In this document: in pieces, positions 32,396-41,840 of the stretch | How positions within the stretch are numbered: the first letter of the stretch is position 1 | Layout: each line of letters opens with the position of its first letter | The notes under the pieces: generated by a model | Told to the model about the DNA's origin: nothing | Seen by the model: the letters and a program-made list of their open reading frames with translations, nothing else | Database searches by the model: none | Program-made: the position numbers and the translations under genes | Source: a virus | Reading direction: 5' to 3' (one strand) | DNA: 64,000 nt | Virus record (IMG/VR): IMGVR_UViG_3300045988_148533 | Location: 32,001 to 96,000 of that record

Positions 32396-33859
32396 TTATT
32401 TCTGACAATATATTAGATTTTCCTTTGCTCTCGTTATACCCACGAACTTCAAACACTTCTCCGCATACAGCTCCAGTTCCGTGCTTGCATACTTGCTCGG
32501 CAGCAGCTCCGGACACAGAAAGTACACGTTTCTCGCCTCAAGCCCCTTGGATTTGTGTATAGTGCTGAGTATTATTCCAGTATTGTCGGCATTCGCGACA
32601 AATATCTCATGTATCTTGCTGCGCACCGTATCAAGGTCTCCAAAGTAGTCATACAGGTCGAGAAGGATAGCCACCTTCTCATCAGCCTTCTCATACTTCT
32701 CCGTCTTCATGGGGTTCTTCACACCTTTCTTCATCAGCTTGCGTATAATGTCATCAAGCATCCTTTCAAAGTCATAGATGGAGCCAACGCTGTCTATCAT
32801 ACCTACAAGCTCGTCGCCCAGTTCCTTTCCAAGAATCGTGCATTTCTTTCCCTTCTTGATTAACTTCAGAAAAGCCTCCACCAGAGGTGCATTGTTGCGA
32901 CATATAATGTAGTCACCGCCCTCAGCGTTCATGTAGTCACCGTAGGACACAGAACCCTTAATTGCATTGGGGGCTGAGAATATCTCTCCTGGAAACACCT
33001 TTGCAGCCTCATCGACTATGTCCATGGCGCATCGGTAGGTGACGCTCAACGGTAGAACTACTGTATTCGGTGCATTCTGTATCTCGTGCAGGCTGTCCAG
33101 ATTGCTGCCCATAAAGGAGTATATGCTCTGCTTCGCATCCCCGACGGCAACAGTGCGTCCGTGAGGAGTTCGAAGCTTCTTTACAAGAGAATACTGCAAA
33201 GGAGAAATATCCTGACTCTCGTCAAGCATCACTACATTGTAGTGCTTCATGTCGCTGTCCTCCAAATATTTCACTGTATAGTACAGCATATCAGTGTAGT
33301 CCATCGTGAGCTTGCCTGAACATCCTCCGGCAAAGAATCGCTCCATGTCGGCAGTATCCTTCATATACAGCTTGATGGCACGTTCCGCAATATCCTCATT
33401 GACATCCTCACCGTACCTGTCTGCAAGTGCTATAATATCAGGCACATCCGGTGCCACAAGATTAAACCTCATCAGGTCATATATTCGGGATATCTTCATG
33501 CACAGTCCCGGAATTCTCTTAGGGTGGACACCCTTCCAGTCAAGCCCCTTTTCTGCAATGGTAAAGTACTTTGCCTCGTTCACCGCTATGTTGCAGTGAT
33601 ATGCCTTCAAAAAAGAGGACAGGCCGCACGAGTGCAGTGTGCTCGCCTTTACAGTACTCGGCAGGCGACTGGATAGTTCCTCCGCTATTGACTTGTTGAA
33701 CGCCAAGAAGATAGCTCTGCGAGCAGGAGGCGTGGCGTTCGCGAGCTGCACAAGAGTAGTAGTCTTGCCGCTCCCTGCTGTGGCACTCACGAATATGTTC
33801 TTGTTCGTGGTGCGATATGTATCCAGAACTTTCTGTTGGTATTTGTCTAACTTCATCAT
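32396..33859 (-). CDS. UvrD/PcrA-like superfamily 1 DNA helicase
   Basis: Walker A is SATAGSGKTTTL and motif II is MLDESQDISP. VGDAKQSIYSFMGS, TIHKSKGLEARNVY and VGITRAKENL are also present. Confidence 0.85.
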   Translation of the reverse strand: MMKLDKYQQKVLDTYRTTNKNIFVSATAGSGKTTTLVQLANATPPARRAIFLAFNKSIAEELSSRLPSTVKASTLHSCGLSSFLKAYHCNIAVNEAKYFTIAEKGLDWKGVHPKRIPGLCMKISRIYDLMRFNLVAPDVPDIIALADRYGEDVNEDIAERAIKLYMKDTADMERFFAGGCSGKLTMDYTDMLYYTVKYLEDSDMKHYNVVMLDESQDISPLQYSLVKKLRTPHGRTVAVGDAKQSIYSFMGSNLDSLHEIQNAPNTVVLPLSVTYRCAMDIVDEAAKVFPGEIFSAPNAIKGSVSYGDYMNAEGGDYIICRNNAPLVEAFLKLIKKGKKCTILGKELGDELVGMIDSVGSIYDFERMLDDIIRKLMKKGVKNPMKTEKYEKADEKVAILLDLYDYFGDLDTVRSKIHEIFVANADNTGIILSTIHKSKGLEARNVYFLCPELLPSKYASTELELYAEKCLKFVGITRAKENLIYCQK

Positions 33860-33874
33860 GGCCCAATTAACGTA

Positions 33875-34417
33875 TCAAGGCTGCACCCCAAAGGCATCCT
33901 CCCGACTTATTCTTATATTCTCATGCCCATCAGCTATCAAGTCCTCATCATAGAAGTCCTGCTGCCGATAGTCTGCAAGGGCATCCGCACAGGCATTGCC
34001 GTATATAATGTCATCGCACAGGTCAGCACCGTGGCCTCTAACCCATGTCACTCTAAAGTTCACCCCTGCTGTTCGCCTTGTTTCCATAGCAGCCACTATC
34101 CTCTTCCACAGGTCGCTGTTCGCCACACCCTGCCATCCGTTCAGTCTCCACTTGCGAATCCACCCCCTGCGGAAGGCGTTTACAAGGAACTGACTGTCGC
34201 AGTAGATGGTGACATTGCAGGGCAGTGTGCCGTCTATCGCCTCTATTCCCCTCAATAAGGCCATCATTTCCATTCGAGGAGTAGTAGTATTCCACCACCC
34301 ACCATGCATCGCTATAATGCGCCTTTTTGACACAATATAGACACCCCACCCTCCATAGTGATGAGGTTCCTTGGCATTACAGCTGCCGTCAGTAAATATG
34401 CTAATCTCTTGCTTCAT
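33875..34417 (-). CDS. rnhA: ribonuclease H (type I)
   Basis: IFTDGSC...GGWGVYI...TTPRMEMMALLRGIE...IYCDSQFLVN...W....W...VANSDLW...VTWVRGHG...GNACADALA supplies the DEDD catalytic pattern. Confidence 0.85.
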   Translation of the reverse strand: MKQEISIFTDGSCNAKEPHHYGGWGVYIVSKRRIIAMHGGWWNTTTPRMEMMALLRGIEAIDGTLPCNVTIYCDSQFLVNAFRRGWIRKWRLNGWQGVANSDLWKRIVAAMETRRTAGVNFRVTWVRGHGADLCDDIIYGNACADALADYRQQDFYDEDLIADGHENIRISREDAFGVQP

Positions 34418-34592
34418 CAGGTAGTTCCCTAAATTTCAGGTTGTGAATCACTTCCCACCCACCGCATCGCAGTGCGTCTTCAACACTCATGGTGCTGCGT
34501 ACCTGAATTATTTCCTTGACCTGTGTCAACTGGCCCTTTCTACTCCTTGAGCCGAAGAATCTAACCTTGTAGAACTTACTATTATTTTCCAT
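34401..34592 (-). CDS. small hypothetical protein (start at internal ATG, MENNSKF)
   Basis: The longer form overlaps the SNF2 gene by 56 nt. The ATG at 34592 reduces the overlap to 11 nt. Confidence 0.4.
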   Translation of the reverse strand: MENNSKFYKVRFFGSRSRKGQLTQVKEIIQVRSTMSVEDALRCGGWEVIHNLKFRELPDEARD

Positions 34593-36243
34593 GCTTAGAA
34601 CTAAATATTCTGAATAACCTCTCTCTGTCACCCTCAACCCCTCTGTTAATAGTGCTGACGACCTGCTCCTTGTTGTATATTGTCTCCATCATTTCAACAT
34701 CTATCGTTCGGCTGTTCATCAGGTAGGTGACATTGATGCTGCCTTTCTGACCCATGCGCTCAAGTCGGGAGGTTGTCTGCTCCATCTCGGTGGATGTATC
34801 CGGCAGCTCAATGTAGAACAGATTACTGCACACCTCCTGCAGACCGTCAGTGCCTGTGCCTGCTGACTGAATATTAGCAAACAGCAGACGAAATTCTCTA
34901 TTCCTGAACCTATTGACAATATCGTGCTTCTGCTTTGGAGAAATGCCACCCTGTATCACAGGGCTGCTGAATTCATCTGCCAGCACCTGCAACGGCTCTC
35001 GATGCACACCGAAAACAACCAGAGAAACACCTTCATTGGCCTCCAACCACTCCGCTATGTATTTCTTGATAAAATTCAATTTGCCCTTAATGCTTAACTG
35101 CCTAAGTGTGTTTAACATAACAAGATACGGTGCATTAACGGCTCCAGCCACCTTATCCACGTCATTCTCCTGTAAATAGGTAACTACATCACTCTCAGCA
35201 TCAAGGTATTCCACCATATTGCTGATAGGGGTATCAATCACCTGTTCCACGAGAGGAGGCAGTTCATCCAGTACCTCTCTCTTGTTGCGACGAATATACC
35301 CTCCCATAGTCAGCAGCACGTACAGCTCCTCCAAATTGCAGCTGCCGGAACAGTCCATCCCAAACTGCGTTCTGCGTGCGTTGCAGTACCGGAAGTTGAA
35401 TGCCGTCACCGAGCCGAACATCTCATCAAATCTGCGTAGAACCTTATAGGGCATAATCAGCTCTGAAGGTCTGTTCTGAGTAAGCGTACCTGTCAACCCC
35501 CACACGTTCGGAATGCGCCTGCAAATCTGCATAGTGAGCTTTGTCCGGATGGCCTTGCGACTCTTTAGGAAGTGAATCTCGTCTATTATGCAGCTTCCCC
35601 ACATTCGCTTGATAAGTTCCTTAAACTTCACCTTTGGCTTCTCAGTCTTCTCTCGTGCGTACAGGTTGTCATAGTTAATCACAACTACATCAGCAGCCCA
35701 GTCGTTCTGCTTATTACTGCTGTCTATGACACTCACACTCCGGTCGGGCTGCACCCTGCCCCACTCGTCTCTCCAGTTGAACTTCACTGATGCAGGGGTT
35801 ATGACAAGACACGGAAACACGCTTAGGAGCTCAACGGTTATTATCGCCTGCGTCGTCTTACCGAGACCACAGTCATCACCGTTGATACAGTTACCGTGAT
35901 TCACCATATAGGCTATGCCCTCAGCCTGATACAGTCGAGGCATTCTTCTAAGATTAAGTCCGGAGCAGGCCATAAGCACCCCCTCGGCATCAATAATGGG
36001 CTGAGGCTCAGCATATTCAAGAACCCTTCTGGAAGGTGTATAGACACGACCCTCTACGAAATGATTGTCCTCAAGCCACTTGCGCAACGGTGCAACTGTC
36101 GTCAAGGAATATGGAATATACCACTCCCTGTTCTCAGGGTTGTAGGCTGCTCCAGAAAACTTCTTAACCTCTCTGACAAGCTGCTCAGAATAGGAAAATC
36201 CTATATAGTAATAGCCGTCCTCTATGTAGTAGTACCGCTTCAC
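34582..36243 (-). CDS. SNF2-family (superfamily 2) helicase/translocase
   Basis: LYQAEGIAYMVNHG...DDCGLGKTTQAI (motifs I and Ia), DEIHFLKSRK (motif II), LTGTLTQNRPSEL (motif III) and the C-terminal SAGTGTDGLQ (motif V). Confidence 0.85.
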   Translation of the reverse strand: MKRYYYIEDGYYYIGFSYSEQLVREVKKFSGAAYNPENREWYIPYSLTTVAPLRKWLEDNHFVEGRVYTPSRRVLEYAEPQPIIDAEGVLMACSGLNLRRMPRLYQAEGIAYMVNHGNCINGDDCGLGKTTQAIITVELLSVFPCLVITPASVKFNWRDEWGRVQPDRSVSVIDSSNKQNDWAADVVVINYDNLYAREKTEKPKVKFKELIKRMWGSCIIDEIHFLKSRKAIRTKLTMQICRRIPNVWGLTGTLTQNRPSELIMPYKVLRRFDEMFGSVTAFNFRYCNARRTQFGMDCSGSCNLEELYVLLTMGGYIRRNKREVLDELPPLVEQVIDTPISNMVEYLDAESDVVTYLQENDVDKVAGAVNAPYLVMLNTLRQLSIKGKLNFIKKYIAEWLEANEGVSLVVFGVHREPLQVLADEFSSPVIQGGISPKQKHDIVNRFRNREFRLLFANIQSAGTGTDGLQEVCSNLFYIELPDTSTEMEQTTSRLERMGQKGSINVTYLMNSRTIDVEMMETIYNKEQVVSTINRGVEGDRERLFRIFSSKHGK

Positions 36244-38159
36244 ATTCCTATCTCCTTTGCAAAATTTTCCCTTGTTACTATTCTTATGCCGCGCTCCTGA
36301 GCCTTTTTCATCTTGGACGAAGTGCTGTCCATGCTTGCCACGACGAGCACGGTGCAGTCCTTTGTGACGCTTGGTACGACTCTATGCCCCTGTTTCAGCA
36401 GAGAGGCTTCCATGGAGCCGTCACGAAATCCAGTCATACATACCACCATTTGATTCTCAGCCTTAACGGCTTCTTCCTTGGCATCAATGATTACAGTATA
36501 GGGGAATTCGGGGTTATTCCTCATAAAATCATCATAACGCTCGCAACCCGTCAAAAAGGCGTCCACGAATGACTCACCTATGCCGTCTATGTCCAGCAGT
36601 TCCTCAACTGCCTGTTCATACGTTCTTGACGCTGCATATATGCGAGGGTCGCCCGTTTCACACAATATCTTATGTGCTATGTTTTCGGCTATTTTACCGC
36701 CAAAGACATTCAGGGCTGTCATAATACGTGACAGGGGTTGTTCCTTCTGTATTGACGCTGAAATGGCCGAAAAAACATTCATGCCGCGCACCTTTCCAAA
36801 TATCTTCTGCAATGCCGGAATCGTGGCACCGAGAACATCCATTAGGGTAATGTATCCATTGTCATACAGTGTCCCAACTGTCGGCTCACCGAAGCCTTCC
36901 ACACCCAGTGTCTTGAAGAAATACACCATGCCGGAAACGGCTCTCTGCCGACATTCTGGATTATAACATACAAGATTAACACTGTTGTCATCCCACTGCA
37001 TCACCCTGCCACATGACGGACATATCTGCATATCATTCATCTGCTGTGTATAGGAAGGCACGGGCCAGCTCAGTGTGTTCACGTGCTTAGGTATCACATC
37101 GCCTGAACGACAGATTTCTATGAGTGCTCCAGGACACACGCCATTATTGGAGATATAGCGAGCATTATACCCCGTACAGCATGACACTGTAACACCGTTC
37201 ATGACAACAGGTTCAATCACTATAACTGGACTGTAAATGCCGTCCTTGCTTATATTGCCCGTAACTCGCACGACCTTTGCAGTATATATGTCACACCACT
37301 CGGGACGCTTGAACGCCACGGCATAGCGAGGATTACCATTCGGCAGTCTACCCAGCCCCTCTCTGACACCCTGCTCATCAACTTCCAGCACAACCCCATC
37401 AATGGTAAATTCTTGACCCATTTCATGATGGACATTGTCCAAATACCCCTCCAGCCCACTTGCACCCAAATTGAGAAGCAAGTTTACGAGAACACGCCTG
37501 TACGGGGTTGCACCGTCCTTGAACTCACCCTGCATTCTTCGTATTATTTCAGATTTACTGCCTTCAGCGTCAGCACCATAGCGAACGAATTTTACAGCAT
37601 CTATATGCGTATTGCTGAACCCCTTGGGACTGTTAAGTATGCCCGCAACCATATTTCGAGCATTCTTATACCCAGCACCTTTTTCCTGTAATTCAGCAAA
37701 TTTCCTCTTAGGAATAATGGCCTCACCCCACACGTGATGAAAAACACCGGAACCCCAACCACTATCCATCATGGAAAAATGCCTGTCACAGTTCTGCCCC
37801 TCAACACCGTCACCGCGAGTCCACGCTCTATGGTTTACGTCATCAGTGAGCAGACTCACACCGTCATACTTGGGGGTAATGACGACATACTTGCAGCCAG
37901 CCTTCTGCATGGACTGGAGCCATGCAAGGAGCTTGCGACCTGTCTTAATCTTCTCAAGAGAGAACATGGGTACGGGTAGAGGTTCCATTCTTTCGTCAGC
38001 CTTTTCCACTATGCCCGACGCAAAGAATTCATCGTTAGGAGAAGCCTTGCGCAGTTTCTCAACCAATTCATCATATTCATTGTCACTTATGACAGGCTCG
38101 CCTCTGCGATATGCCTCATTGTACCTTACAAGCTGTTCTCTAAGTTCTTCAATTTTCAT
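36240..38159 (-). CDS. ligA: NAD-dependent DNA ligase
   Basis: Begins YNEAYRRGEPVISDNEYD. The adenylation motif is ITPKYDGVS (KxDG). The zinc finger is CPSCGRVMQW...CYNPEC. The C-terminus has a BRCT-like VVCMTGF. Confidence 0.9.
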   Translation of the reverse strand: MKIEELREQLVRYNEAYRRGEPVISDNEYDELVEKLRKASPNDEFFASGIVEKADERMEPLPVPMFSLEKIKTGRKLLAWLQSMQKAGCKYVVITPKYDGVSLLTDDVNHRAWTRGDGVEGQNCDRHFSMMDSGWGSGVFHHVWGEAIIPKRKFAELQEKGAGYKNARNMVAGILNSPKGFSNTHIDAVKFVRYGADAEGSKSEIIRRMQGEFKDGATPYRRVLVNLLLNLGASGLEGYLDNVHHEMGQEFTIDGVVLEVDEQGVREGLGRLPNGNPRYAVAFKRPEWCDIYTAKVVRVTGNISKDGIYSPVIVIEPVVMNGVTVSCCTGYNARYISNNGVCPGALIEICRSGDVIPKHVNTLSWPVPSYTQQMNDMQICPSCGRVMQWDDNSVNLVCYNPECRQRAVSGMVYFFKTLGVEGFGEPTVGTLYDNGYITLMDVLGATIPALQKIFGKVRGMNVFSAISASIQKEQPLSRIMTALNVFGGKIAENIAHKILCETGDPRIYAASRTYEQAVEELLDIDGIGESFVDAFLTGCERYDDFMRNNPEFPYTVIIDAKEEAVKAENQMVVCMTGFRDGSMEASLLKQGHRVVPSVTKDCTVLVVASMDSTSSKMKKAQERGIRIVTRENFAKEIGM

Positions 38160-38161
38160 AT

Positions 38162-38398
38162 CTAAATATTTTTACAGTTCCTAATCTCTGACACCATCCT
38201 TCCCCTTACTCTAACGGTACTCACCATATATAAACAGTTTTCCTCGGCTTCATCCCATACCCAATAAAGGGTGCTCACCCCATTGTATTTCATTATGTCT
38301 CTACTCATACTGCGAGCCATACGAGCTGCCTCACGAGGGGTTGAAGCCTCCACTGGGAAACTTTCACCGCCATTTAGATTAATAATGAATCGTGCCAT
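38162..38398 (-). CDS. hypothetical protein
   Basis: 78-aa ORF preceded by a conserved promoter. Confidence 0.55.
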   Translation of the reverse strand: MARFIINLNGGESFPVEASTPREAARMARSMSRDIMKYNGVSTLYWVWDEAEENCLYMVSTVRVRGRMVSEIRNCKNI

Positions 38399-38424
38399 AA
38401 TGCTTATCGTTTTGTTTTACGATG

Positions 38425-38474
38425 CAAATATGGCACGAATTTTATGAAAAACCAAGAAAAATCCTGAAAACTTC
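38425..38474 (-). promoter_or_regulatory. conserved phage promoter (-7 variant CATATTTG)
   Basis: ACCAAGAAAAATCCTGAAAACTTC occupies 38451-38474, 20 nt from the box at 38425-38432. Confidence 0.65.
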
Positions 38475-38475
38475 A

Positions 38476-39954
38476 TTAATCCACAGGCTGGCCGTCACGC
38501 AGCCATTTATTCGCCTGCATACAGTACATGGCATCTTCATGAGGGTCGTCAGTGTCCACGAGGTCATAGCCCCATCCTTCCCTCTCCTCGGGCGAGGCGG
38601 CCTGAAATCTGCGCTTGAATTCCTTGTCACTTTCATCGGGAACAAAATTCCTGAACGACTTTTCAATTTTTTCTGTCATAACAAAATCCTTTTTATTTAA
38701 AAACTGTTTAAACTTCTCCTTATCAAGAATTGCAGGTTTTTTAGTGGAATCAAAGATTAACTCTGGATTCTTACCTGTATTATCATATAACTTCACATCA
38801 TCAACAATTCCATCATTCAGTAGTCTTATAAATGTTTCAGTGGAACCCTTGTGTGTCTTAATTATTTTATCAAGAGGCACTTTTCTATTTGTTTTCTGTG
38901 CTCTTTCTTGAGCTCTCTTAATTGCTTCCTCAACAGGAATGGTAACATGAACAATCCTTGTTTCATACCCCTTATTTTTAGCTGCTAATATCTGCTTCTT
39001 CACCTTATCATAGTTGGCCAGAGTACCATCCTTAACATAATCATTTTCAGCAGCCTGTATCGCTTCTACTGCTTTTGTGGCAACTTTGCTGCTTTCATCA
39101 TGCAATCGACTGGCAGCACTATCTTTATTCTGTGCATTATAAGCCAAAAAATCAGAATAGTAGGCTTCTGTCTTAATATCATCACTGTCAACAACTACCA
39201 CTTTATTATAAAATCTATCCTTCTGCTTCAGTCCATCCAGAACAGTTGACTTTCCGGACCCTGAACCACCACCTGTAAACACGGCTATCGGCTTCTCAGG
39301 GTTATATCTCGAACTCTTAGCTACATAGGAAGCTACTATTTCACTGTTGAACTGCTGCCTGTTCTCATCGTTGGCATATTCATCCAAAGAAAAAGTGTCA
39401 TAATCAAGACCCTTCTCTTTATATTTCGCATTCTTCTCCTTCAAGTACTCATCAGGCTTCTCACCCCTATAAAACCCCCACCTCTTAAATGTCTGGCCGT
39501 GCTCCGTAACCTTACGATAGCCATAGAACACACCCTTGAATCCAAGAGTGTAATAAATCTCATTTATTGTCTGAAGTGGGTTATGCCTATTGAAATGAAT
39601 CTCATCCATAACCCTGTGAGCACTTGTTACGGAATGGTCACTGAAGCGCACCTTTGCCTCTCTGCCGTTAGCGGACACTGTATAATAAACTGATGCTCCA
39701 TTGGCAGTGCTCTCTCCGGAAGGTCTAATGCTCACACCCCTGAGATTATTGAGGAATTTCTTAGAAGAATCCTTTATCCGTGTAAGCTCAGCACGCTTTC
39801 TGTTTTCCTGCAACATCCATTCCTCTCTTTCAGCCTGTGCTCTTGTCTTATAGGGCTGGCCGACTCGATGCAGTCTGCGATTCTCAGCGTTATCAGCATA
39901 GACACCCTGTCTGGTTCTGGATTTTAATATATGTATGTCAAGTAAACTTTTCAT
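38476..39954 (-). CDS. multidomain protein: N-terminal ENRRLHRVGQ motif plus unknown domain plus Zeta-toxin-like P-loop kinase domain
   Basis: YADNAENRRLHRVGQPY lies at nt 39850-39900. The Walker A is IAVFTGGGSGSGKSTVLDGL, followed by VVVDSDDIK, as in Zeta toxin or AAA-kinase domains. The start was set to the ATG at 39954 because the promoter box at 39963-39970 lies inside the longer ORF. Confidence 0.65.
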   Translation of the reverse strand: MKSLLDIHILKSRTRQGVYADNAENRRLHRVGQPYKTRAQAEREEWMLQENRKRAELTRIKDSSKKFLNNLRGVSIRPSGESTANGASVYYTVSANGREAKVRFSDHSVTSAHRVMDEIHFNRHNPLQTINEIYYTLGFKGVFYGYRKVTEHGQTFKRWGFYRGEKPDEYLKEKNAKYKEKGLDYDTFSLDEYANDENRQQFNSEIVASYVAKSSRYNPEKPIAVFTGGGSGSGKSTVLDGLKQKDRFYNKVVVVDSDDIKTEAYYSDFLAYNAQNKDSAASRLHDESSKVATKAVEAIQAAENDYVKDGTLANYDKVKKQILAAKNKGYETRIVHVTIPVEEAIKRAQERAQKTNRKVPLDKIIKTHKGSTETFIRLLNDGIVDDVKLYDNTGKNPELIFDSTKKPAILDKEKFKQFLNKKDFVMTEKIEKSFRNFVPDESDKEFKRRFQAASPEEREGWGYDLVDTDDPHEDAMYCMQANKWLRDGQPVD

Positions 39955-39962
39955 ATCCGAGG

Positions 39963-40012
39963 CAAATATAGTCAATAATTACGATTACTCCAAGAAAATT
40001 CTCGATTAATCC
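39963..40012 (-). promoter_or_regulatory. conserved phage promoter placed only 8 nt from the ATG (near-leaderless transcript?)
   Basis: The reverse complement of 39963-39970 is TATATTTG. CTCCAAGAAAATTCTCGATTAATC follows after a 20-nt spacer. Confidence 0.55.
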
Positions 40013-40626
40013 GTACTTGTCATATTCTGGTACATTTCTATCTTCATAGCGGAATATATGGCTTCCACATTGGTATATGCTCTGCCGTTGTTCTCACCGT
40101 TAGGATTGTAAATTTCCCCCTCAACGACATTTGCAACCTTTTCCACCCACTTTGGAGAAGTGTATGCTGACAGTTTCTTACCCCTGAAGAAAAAGGCATC
40201 AAACTTGCTATTGCGGTCGTCATGTATGTTCTGGAGCATTCTACGAATCTTCTTTGCCGTAGCCTCTCTGTCCTTGATATGGTTCTCCTCCCGAACTTTC
40301 TTAATAAGACGACACACTTTCTCAATTGAAAGGTCGAATGCTATGCTCGTCACAGTCTTCATCCTAAGCAGCGTCTCGGGCATAAGCCCCTCAGAAATGC
40401 TTGCCAACTGCTCATTCTGACTCTTAGCCTCCTCAAGAAGCTCCATAAGCGTGGACTTCTGAGAATCAAAGGTGCTGTTTATTATCTTCATGAACCACTT
40501 AAAGAGGAACACCCACATGATGGCTGTCAGTACAAGAAAGAATCCGGCAGTGACAGCCAACATACCGAATTCGCTTATATGCCTGCCTGTTTCCAGTGCG
40601 GAGCCGATTACATTTGTTGTATCCAT
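40006..40626 (-). CDS. membrane protein (N-terminal TM segment, cytoplasmic helical domain)
   Basis: 206 aa with FGMLAVTAGFFLVLTAIMWVFLFKWF. Confidence 0.6.
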   Translation of the reverse strand: MDTTNVIGSALETGRHISEFGMLAVTAGFFLVLTAIMWVFLFKWFMKIINSTFDSQKSTLMELLEEAKSQNEQLASISEGLMPETLLRMKTVTSIAFDLSIEKVCRLIKKVREENHIKDREATAKKIRRMLQNIHDDRNSKFDAFFFRGKKLSAYTSPKWVEKVANVVEGEIYNPNGENNGRAYTNVEAIYSAMKIEMYQNMTSTD

Positions 40627-40697
40627 TATATAACTTTTTATTCATTGATTATACAAATGTAACTGGCTCAATGCCCCCTGCAAAGCCTCAGTTCAAA

Positions 40698-41015
40698 TCA
40701 CCTGTTTATATCACACTTTGTAATCCAGTAGTAGTCATCCGTACCGAACTGCATCGTCACCTTAGGGATGGACTGTGTCCTTTCCATAAGCACCTGATTT
40801 GAAAATCCTATCGGGAAATTTGACTCATACTGCTCAACAAGCACGGTTATATCTCTTGCACCGTCCACACGGCTGAACATAACCCTGCCGTCCTTAGGGG
40901 AGAAGCTGTCCACAATAAATGCTCTATAAGCACCCATCAGATTCACAATCAACATTGTAACATCACAGCGCATCGCAATGTTCTTGCACGTATCAAAGAA
41001 ATTACTGTTTATCAT
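40698..41015 (-). CDS. hypothetical protein
   Basis: 105-aa ORF. Confidence 0.55.
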   Translation of the reverse strand: MINSNFFDTCKNIAMRCDVTMLIVNLMGAYRAFIVDSFSPKDGRVMFSRVDGARDITVLVEQYESNFPIGFSNQVLMERTQSIPKVTMQFGTDDYYWITKCDINR

Positions 41016-41343
41016 ATCCTATACCCTTGCTTATCATTCTTTTACGATTCTCATGTATCTCATCCTTATTGATACCCTTCTGGTATCTCTTTAGGAGAAT
41101 TTCATGCTTCTGTGCATCAGACAGCCCACTGAAGCTGTCAACATACACCTGCCCCATCACAAATCCATCAGTGAGCCCATACAGTACTTTCTCACATCCA
41201 CACACAGGACACCTGTTGTTCTTCACAACAGGCCTCATCTCACTGCTTTCCCTGTCCCACTTAAAGGAACCACCCTTAATCTCATTAAGAACGTTATACT
41301 CAGAACATTCCTCATTCTGACAGTACGTGTACCACCTTTTCAT
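41002..41343 (-). CDS. zinc-ribbon protein
   Basis: CQNEEC...x30...CPVCGC forms a four-Cys ribbon. Confidence 0.55.
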   Translation of the reverse strand: MKRWYTYCQNEECSEYNVLNEIKGGSFKWDRESSEMRPVVKNNRCPVCGCEKVLYGLTDGFVMGQVYVDSFSGLSDAQKHEILLKRYQKGINKDEIHENRKRMISKGIGYDKQ

Positions 41344-41840
41344 CTGTAATTCCTCCTTGCATACTCTGCTATCAATAGGCTGTCCGTTAGATTGTCATCA
41401 GGCTTTGTGCATCTTTCACCTCTTCTAAGGTCATGACTGGGAAACAGGCTGCGAGCTGCCATGACGGACATGACTTTCTTGTCCACATTGGGCTTTACGC
41501 CTACATACATCTCCTTCTGCCACTTCTTAGGAGAAATGAGCACGACTGGAAAGCCCACCATGATGAACCCCATCCTGAGGGCATAGCAGATTCCACCGAA
41601 TGTGAACGTTGCACTTGCAGCACTTCCCGGAATTGCATGAACATTCTCTATTGCTACAAGTGTTGATTCCGTGTCCATATTCTCTGCAAGACACAGGATA
41701 AGCTCACTCAGTGCGTGCAGGTCCACCTCATTTTTCTTTGTTGGGATGGGATAATGGGTTATACCACCGTCATCAGTCATGACGGTGATAAACCCCTTCT
41801 TTCCGGGGTCAACCCCTATAATGTTCTTATATCTAATCAT
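41340..41840 (-). CDS. RuvC-like Holliday junction resolvase
   Basis: IIGVDPGKKG carries the first catalytic Asp, VAIENVH the Glu, and the C-terminal DDNLTDSLLIAEYA the Asp pair. The gene is adjacent to the recombination genes. Confidence 0.75.
   Translation of the reverse strand: MIRYKNIIGVDPGKKGFITVMTDDGGITHYPIPTKKNEVDLHALSELILCLAENMDTESTLVAIENVHAIPGSAASATFTFGGICYALRMGFIMVGFPVVLISPKKWQKEMYVGVKPNVDKKVMSVMAARSLFPSHDLRRGERCTKPDDNLTDSLLIAEYARRNYR

Noticed and set aside
9421-40000. N-terminal extensions of ORF-track entries 9421..9777, 13933..14340, 19510..20043, 22697..23230, 23890..24255, 27346..27828, 38476..39975, 44786..45910, 52663..53337 and 54945..56066
   Set aside because: The extensions either contain the conserved promoter boxes or overlap the preceding gene extensively. 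Internal ATGs give normal operon spacing, so I used shorter coordinates.
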